Made by a program: the position numbers and the translations under genes. From assembly GCA_001192655.1 (NCBI GenBank), contig BBVC01000068.1:1-5986 (forward strand): DNA of 5,986 nt, in the 5' to 3' direction. The notes below the pieces were generated by a model. It did not search any database. It saw only the letters and a program-made list of their open reading frames with translations, and had not been told where the DNA came from. The stretch is from Caedimonas varicaedens. Lineage in GTDB: Bacteria; Pseudomonadota; Alphaproteobacteria; Caedimonadales; Caedimonadaceae. Shown here piece by piece: positions 1 to 4,304 of this stretch. Each line of letters starts with the position of its first letter. The stretch's first letter is position 1.

Positions 1-254
1 ATAGAGCTCACACCAAGACGTTCTGCTCTCTCGTACTGATAAGCATCAGGATAAAGCTGTATATCTTCTTTAAGGGCATCCATATTAAGCTTAGTGGCTG
101 GTTTATGACGATGTGTCTGGGGCTCAGGCTTCTTGACCCATCTGACAAGACTGGTCACTCCAACACCAAAGAGATCCGCCGTTTCAGCAAAACTCAAATT
201 TTTCTTCTTTTTTACAGATAAAACACGAAGTCTAAAATCTAATGAATAGGTCAT
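1..254 (-). CDS. IS630-family transposase, N-terminal helix-turn-helix part (partial; continues beyond the left window edge)
   Basis: Reverse-complement reading from the ATG at 254-252 is open to position 1. It gives MTYSLDFRLRVLSVKKKKNLSFAETADLFGVGVTSLVRWVKKPEPQTHRHKPATKLNMDALKEDIQLYPDAYQYERAERLGVSS. The pattern (YSxDFRxxVL, then a LSFAE..FGV....V.RW HTH, then KPATK...L..D....PDAYQYERA) is the typical IS630/Tc1-mariner N-terminus. It is missing from the ORF track because it has no stop codon inside the window. Confidence 0.8.
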   Translation of the reverse strand, partial: MTYSLDFRLRVLSVKKKKNLSFAETADLFGVGVTSLVRWVKKPEPQTHRHKPATKLNMDALKEDIQLYPDAYQYERAERLGVSS

Positions 255-307
255 GGAATAATCCTCTTAAAAATTATCCATAATATAACCATTTTAAAGG
301 TTTTTAG
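1..307 (-). mobile_element. IS630-family insertion sequence, left-end portion (terminal inverted repeat boundary not resolvable from one end)
   Basis: It contains the transposase 5' end (1-254) plus about 50 nt of upstream AT-rich leader. In IS630-family elements that leader usually holds the terminal inverted repeat. The exact end (expected next to a TA target dinucleotide) cannot be set without a second copy or the other end. Confidence 0.5.
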
Positions 308-2515
308 CTATAAATTCAAAATTGCAGGAGAAATGCTCTCTACAGTATGCATATCATTCCAGGAAATATCGCTCAGGATATTTCTCAGCATCGTTTTGAA
401 GAGGGAGATGTTTTGTCCAGAGGCCTTCCAATTTTCATAGTTATTATGCAAGGTTCCAAGCGCATCAATCCGTGAGTTATTATCAGAAAGTCCCAGCTTA
501 AACAGAGCATGGAGGGGATGATGCGCTTTTGATTGAAGGGCTTCATTTCCCCCTAAAAGCCATAAAGCCTCTTCGGCGGTGCTTCCATGAACGGTATTCC
601 TGTGTGACGTAAGCTCAGGAGTGTAATCAGCAACCTCTGTTTCTTTCAAAATAGTGAGATTTCTAATCTCGCTATGTCTTTTAAATTCAATACAAAAATC
701 AAAGGAGAATAAATCCGTTCCTGCTTCCTGGACTGTTACAGGGAGAGTTCCGGTTATTCCATCTCCTGACTTCCTTAATTCACTCAGATCCATTTCGTAT
801 GTCCTCTGAGGGTTTACAGCTGTAAACAGGGTTTTCAGGGAGTTCTTCAACCATGTTTTCTCGTCATCAAAACTTCCTTTGGGAAAATCCTCAAGGGATA
901 ATCCAAAGATTTTTTGGAAGATATTGATAAAATTAATAAAGCTGGAGCTAACTTCATTGGAATCTTTCATATAGATAATTTCTTCTGAAGAATCTTTGAA
1001 GGCGTTCAGATCGCCCACCACGCGGTTCCAGAGAGATCTCATGACAAGGTCGCCATTATTGGCGGAAGAAGGGGGTTGCACCTGGTAAAATTCAGAAAAT
1101 TTCTCAAAATAAGGGTTAGGTTTCCCCTGTTTTTTGACGTACGCTTCAATATCCCTCAAATCAAATATTTTCTCATGTCTATTAAACAAAAGAAGATTCA
1201 TGATGTGCCGGGCGGATGTTTCAGCGCATTCTGCAAAAGTTGGGCTTGTGTTAAGTATACTGTCATTTGCTCGATCATAGGGATAGGCCTGTCCATTACT
1301 CACGACGGATCCGGATTTATAAGGGGTGACCAGATCAAAGACACCTGCATTGACCAAAGCAAAGACATCATCAAGATCATAGGAGGGTTTTGAGGCAATG
1401 TCCGACAGATCTTCTTTTGTGAGATAATCTTCTTCTATGGGAAGGGGGGCTGATTTATTGACGATCTCTCCATCCAGGTGATGCAGTAATGCCCAAATGT
1501 CTTTCTGGTGATTAAATTTCTCACAAAAGAACGCAGAAATAACTTGCTCGGTTGTATGTTCAGGATAAAGGAAGTCTTTCTCTTGTTTTATGGATTTCTC
1601 TATATAAGAAAGAACGTTCTGGACGCCCTGAAAGGTTTTCCTCTGATCTCCCGGAAAATCAAGACTTTCTGCAATTTTTTGGTGAAGGGTGTTTTTCTTT
1701 TGCTCAAACAAGGCTTGAGTCTTTGTCTCTTGTTCAGTGATTAGGGCTTTTTCTGCTTTTATTTGTCTTTCCAAGGTATTTTTTTGCTGTGTGTAACCCT
1801 TTAATTTATCCTTTAGGTCCTTAATGACAGAATCCCGGTCCGCCAGAGATTTTTTCATCTGCTCTTTGGGTAACTCCTGTTTTTTTAGGCGCTCTTTTTC
1901 AGCATTGTTACTATCTATAGTCGTTCTTATCTTTGCTATCGCTTCTTGCATAAGACTTAATTCATCTCGTAATGGCTGGTTTTGCATATTGACGCGAGAT
2001 ATTTCCTGGGAAAGCTCTTTTTTGAAGGTCAAATACGTCCGAACCTCTTTGGAAAAGTTGAGCAAAAGGGCCACTGTTGCAGGATCTCTCACATATTTGC
2101 CAAAATTATCTTTTCCCATTGTTTCGATGGATAACTGACCAGCAGGAGAAGGAAAGAGCGTTTTGACAAGGTCTGATAACGCGTCCCTGGCGCTATCAGC
2201 GATATAGAGTCGGGAATTGTTTTTCTCATATTTAGGGTCAAAATTCCCATAAAAGCGCAGATTATAGATAAGCCCGCTTTCAAGGGCGGCTTCTCCCAAA
2301 ACAGGAGAATAATACTCTTGTCCATCATTAAAATATTTTGTGATGCCTTTAAACGCCTTTGGGCTTATCTTGGCCATAGATTCCTGAGGAACCATTAAAG
2401 TTACCAAGGTCGCCAAGGAATAGAAATACTTTCTAAGTTTTCTGTACACCATAATCTCTCCCAAAATGAGAATAAACAGCGGATCATTCAATAGAATAAA
2501 TTGACTGTAGGGCAT
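308..2515 (-). CDS. Hypothetical secreted or membrane-anchored coiled-coil protein (735 aa maximal ORF; likely true start at Met22, nt 2452)
   Basis: A 2.2-kb uninterrupted ORF in AT-rich DNA, where stop codons are frequent, is strong evidence for coding. The stop is TAG at 310-308. The ATG at 2515 has no Shine-Dalgarno upstream (TATTAATTTAATCCATTATT-ATG). The ATG at 2452 is preceded by GGGAGAG about 5 nt upstream and starts MVYRKLRKYFYSLATLVTLMVPQESMA/K, which has a basic n-region, a hydrophobic core and an SMA cleavage-like site. Residues about 165-285 (nt 1661-2023) are Lys/Glu/Gln/Leu-rich and heptad-like. I recognise no family motif in the rest. Confidence 0.85.
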   Translation of the reverse strand: MPYSQFILLNDPLFILILGEIMVYRKLRKYFYSLATLVTLMVPQESMAKISPKAFKGITKYFNDGQEYYSPVLGEAALESGLIYNLRFYGNFDPKYEKNNSRLYIADSARDALSDLVKTLFPSPAGQLSIETMGKDNFGKYVRDPATVALLLNFSKEVRTYLTFKKELSQEISRVNMQNQPLRDELSLMQEAIAKIRTTIDSNNAEKERLKKQELPKEQMKKSLADRDSVIKDLKDKLKGYTQQKNTLERQIKAEKALITEQETKTQALFEQKKNTLHQKIAESLDFPGDQRKTFQGVQNVLSYIEKSIKQEKDFLYPEHTTEQVISAFFCEKFNHQKDIWALLHHLDGEIVNKSAPLPIEEDYLTKEDLSDIASKPSYDLDDVFALVNAGVFDLVTPYKSGSVVSNGQAYPYDRANDSILNTSPTFAECAETSARHIMNLLLFNRHEKIFDLRDIEAYVKKQGKPNPYFEKFSEFYQVQPPSSANNGDLVMRSLWNRVVGDLNAFKDSSEEIIYMKDSNEVSSSFINFINIFQKIFGLSLEDFPKGSFDDEKTWLKNSLKTLFTAVNPQRTYEMDLSELRKSGDGITGTLPVTVQEAGTDLFSFDFCIEFKRHSEIRNLTILKETEVADYTPELTSHRNTVHGSTAEEALWLLGGNEALQSKAHHPLHALFKLGLSDNNSRIDALGTLHNNYENWKASGQNISLFKTMLRNILSDISWNDMHTVESISPAILNL

Positions 2516-2573
2516 AATAATGGATTAAATTAATACAGTCAAATAAAATCGACTGCATTAATAATATAACATG

Positions 2574-2608
2574 ATAGTTATTTAAATAATAAATAGTTAT
2601 TTAATAAT
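2574..2608. repeat. AT-rich near-tandem direct repeat (atagttatttaaataat / atagttatttaataat) containing the perfect 12-bp palindrome TTATTTAAATAA (2578-2589)
   Basis: Read directly from the sequence. A 12/12 identical core, atagttatttaa, occurs at 2574-2585 and 2593-2604, and both copies continue with (a)taat. It lies 59-93 nt upstream of the 2515 ATG of the minus-strand ORF. The function is unknown and low-complexity AT sequence makes chance occurrence plausible. Confidence 0.4.
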
Positions 2609-2686
2609 CAGAATATTTCAAGAAGGAAGAAGAAGATCTCTAAATCCTTGTATGGTAAGTATTGAGAGAGCCTTAAGAAAGAGTTT

Positions 2687-3702
2687 TACGATGACGGATT
2701 ATCTTTCAACTCCTATTTATTTATCAGCCTAAGCTTGGCTTGACAGAAAAGATCGCCAGACAGTTTTATGATAAGCATGATCAAAGGAAGGTGAAACATG
2801 ATCTTTTTTCCATGGTACAGAAAAGAATGTATGGGATTGCTCTGGGTTATGAAGATTTGAATGACCATCATACTTTTCGTCATACTACAAACAGCGCTTC
2901 ATAAAGATGTCGAGCTTGCCAGTAACCCGCGACACTGTGCCAGTTTGAAAACAGGGAAGATCGTTCTGTAGCCTTGACAGTTCATGAGATGATTTTGGAA
3001 CAATTTATAGCCTCTTATTCCCAGGCACCGAAGGAACTCGTTCTGGATTTTGATTCCACCGATGATCTGATTCATGGGGATCAAGTGGGGAGATTTTATC
3101 GTGGCTATTATGGAAACTATTGTTTTTTGCCCTTATATGTTTTTTGTAAGTCTCAGTCTTTAGTCAGTTATTTACGCCCTTCAAGCAAAGAGGGTGCGGG
3201 CTGTTTTATCTCTTTTGACCAAGCAGCTACGGAAAGCCTGGACTGCTGTTAGGGTTGTCTTCCGCGGTAACAGTGGGTTTTGTGCCGTCATAAAATTCTG
3301 GAATGGTGTGATCGTCAGTGTGCGTTTTATATTGTGGGCATCGTTCGCAATTAACGACTTGAGAAGCTTCTGGCGCCTGCTTTAGACAAAGTCCAGCAAG
3401 CTTTTAATGTTTTTCAAGAGAAGCAGAGGGAGTTCACAGATTTTATGTATTCTGCCAAGAGTTGAAGCGTGAGCGCCGTATCATTAGCAAGGCTGAAGCC
3501 CCCTCTCACCTTCCAGGGAACCAATCCCCGCTTTATTGTCACGCATCTTGAGGGTTCCAGCCAACATCTTTATGAAGAAGTCTATTGTGCCAGAAGCAAT
3601 ATGGAAAACCGCATCAAGGAAATGCAGCTTAACCTGTTTTCCGGTCGGACGTCTTGTCATCATTAGTGGCCCAATCAACTTCGACTTCTTTTTTCCTCTC
3701 AG
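2687..3702 (+). pseudogene. IS1380-family DDE transposase pseudogene (multiple frameshifts, in-frame stops, 3' truncation or internal deletion)
   Basis: Family-typical segments are readable only by hopping between all three plus frames. In order they are: YDDGL / LGLTEKIARQFYDKHDQRKVKHDLFSMVQKRMYGIALGYEDLNDHHTFRH; HKDVELASNP; TLCQFENR...LVLDFDSTDDLIHGDQVGRFYRGYYGNYCFLPLYVFC...YLRPSSKEGA; LLTKQLRKAWTAVRVVFRGNSGFC; RHKILEWCDRQCAFYIVGIVRN*RLEKLLAPALDKVQQAF...; KRERRIISKAE; NPRFIVTHLEGSSQHLYEEVYCARSNMENRIKEMQLNLFSGRTSCHH*WPNQLRLLFSS. The D(S/A)TDDxxHGxQ, GYYxxYC(F/Y)LPL, RGDSGFC-like and YCxRxxMENRIKExQ blocks are hallmarks of IS1380-type transposases. Stops occur at 2902-2904, 3250-3252, 3352-3354, 3463-3465 and 3664-3666. 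Confidence 0.8.
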
Positions 3703-3889
3703 GCTTGTCCCAACCTAACGATCAATGTGCTGCTCCGGCACGGAAAAAAGAATGGAGGGAAAGGGAGAACTATGTTCAAAATCAGAAATTAAGCAAAAAA
3801 ACATCTGAAAAATGACTCTTAAGCTCAGGAAAGAGAATTCAATCTATACAAAAAAATATTACAAAGCCTTCATGAGATATCCGGGCTAA
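2687..3889 (+). mobile_element. Degenerate IS1380-family element remnant (ends not defined)
   Basis: It spans the transposase pseudogene plus about 190 nt of downstream non-coding sequence that may be the element's 3' tail. I found no matching terminal inverted repeat between 2520-2690 and 3700-3900, so the boundaries are approximate and the left end may be deleted. Confidence 0.35.
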
Positions 3890-3993
3890 CTCCAATACTT
3901 CAGGATCAATTGTCATATGAATAACTGTATAGAAAAAACGTAAAGTTTTTTTCAGAAGTGAAAAACTCTGCAGTAAACAGAGAAATTATTCAT

Positions 3994-4019
3994 TTGACAA
4001 TCTCAGTGAATGTTATAGT
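3994..4019 (+). promoter_or_regulatory. Candidate sigma70-type promoter for the riboswitch-btuB transcript (TTGACA -35; extended -10 TGtTATAGT)
   Basis: There is a perfect TTGACA at 3994-3999 and a TG-n-TATAGT at 4011-4019. The spacer is only 14 nt, which is short, though the extended -10 TG could compensate. The predicted start near 4026 sits just upstream of riboswitch helix P1 (4033). Confidence 0.4.
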
Positions 4020-4030
4020 CTTCCCTGACG

Positions 4031-4210
4031 TTAAGGTGCTCTCGAAAGAGAGAGAATAGGGAATACGGAAGGGAAGCTTTTTCCTCAGCCGTAGCTGTAC
4101 CCGCAACTGTAAACGCCAGGTCTCGCCAAAATACCACGTGGATTTCTCTACGGAAGGTGGTGAAGACTGAAAGCGTAAGCCAGGAGACCTGCCTTAGCAG
4201 CCACCTTGTT
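4031..4210 (+). promoter_or_regulatory. Cobalamin (adenosylcobalamin/B12) riboswitch
   Basis: AAGCCAGGAGACCTGCCT at 4177-4194 matches every position of the B12-box consensus (rAGYCMGgAgaCCkGCcd). The conserved core strings are present: AATAGGGAA at 4055-4063, AGCTGTACCCGCAACTGTAA at 4093-4112, and CCACGTGG...CGGAAGGTGG at 4134-4160. Supporting helices are P1 AAGGTG (4033-4038) with CACCTT (4202-4207), a CTCTC-GAAA-GAGAG hairpin at 4039-4052, and ACGG (4065-4068) with CCGT (4089-4092). The region is visibly more G+C-rich than its flanks and lies directly 5' of a TonB-dependent receptor gene. Confidence 0.9.
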
Positions 4211-4290
4211 CTTGTGCGGGAGCACCCAAGAATAACGGTCAAGATGATACACAATATCCTCCGGCGGTGGCGCTTACACCATTTATAATC

Positions 4291-4298
4291 GGAAGGAG
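4291..4298 (+). promoter_or_regulatory. Shine-Dalgarno sequence of btuB (GGAAGGAG)
   Basis: GGAAGGAG ends 6 nt before the GTG at 4305, which opens the long receptor reading frame. Confidence 0.6.
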
Positions 4299-4304
4299 TT
4301 GACT

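Noticed and set aside
1076-2328. Track ORFs 1076-1393(+), 1508-1744(+), 1552-1740(+), 1824-2138(+) and 2089-2328(-)
   Set aside because: All are embedded in the 2.2-kb minus-strand CDS, either antisense or out of frame. They are short, with low-complexity Phe/Leu/Ile-rich translations typical of shadow ORFs in AT-rich coding DNA.
2899-3718. Track ORFs 2974-3252(+), 3194-3385(+) and 3469-3666(+) as independent genes; also 2899-3084(-), 3484-3678(-) and 3536-3718(+)
   Set aside because: The three plus-strand ORFs are consecutive fragments of one frameshifted IS1380-family transposase, not separate genes. The others are shadow ORFs over the same pseudogene.
3812-3889. 25-codon ORF MTLKLRKENSIYTKKYYKAFMRYPG*
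   Set aside because: It is too short, has no SD, and lies in what is probably the non-coding 3' tail of the IS1380 remnant. There is no support for it as a small protein gene.
1-3889. Composite transposon carrying the 735-aa gene
   Set aside because: The flanking elements belong to different IS families (IS630 and IS1380) and one is a dead remnant. They cannot act together as a composite transposon. The arrangement is better described as an IS-scarred accessory locus.
3932-3953. Hairpin GAAAAAAC-GTAAA-GTTTTTTTC as a possible intrinsic terminator between the IS remnant and the btuB promoter
   Set aside because: The stem is almost entirely A:U, with one bulge and only terminal G:C pairs, so its stability would be very low. 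Sequences like this are common by chance in AT-rich DNA.
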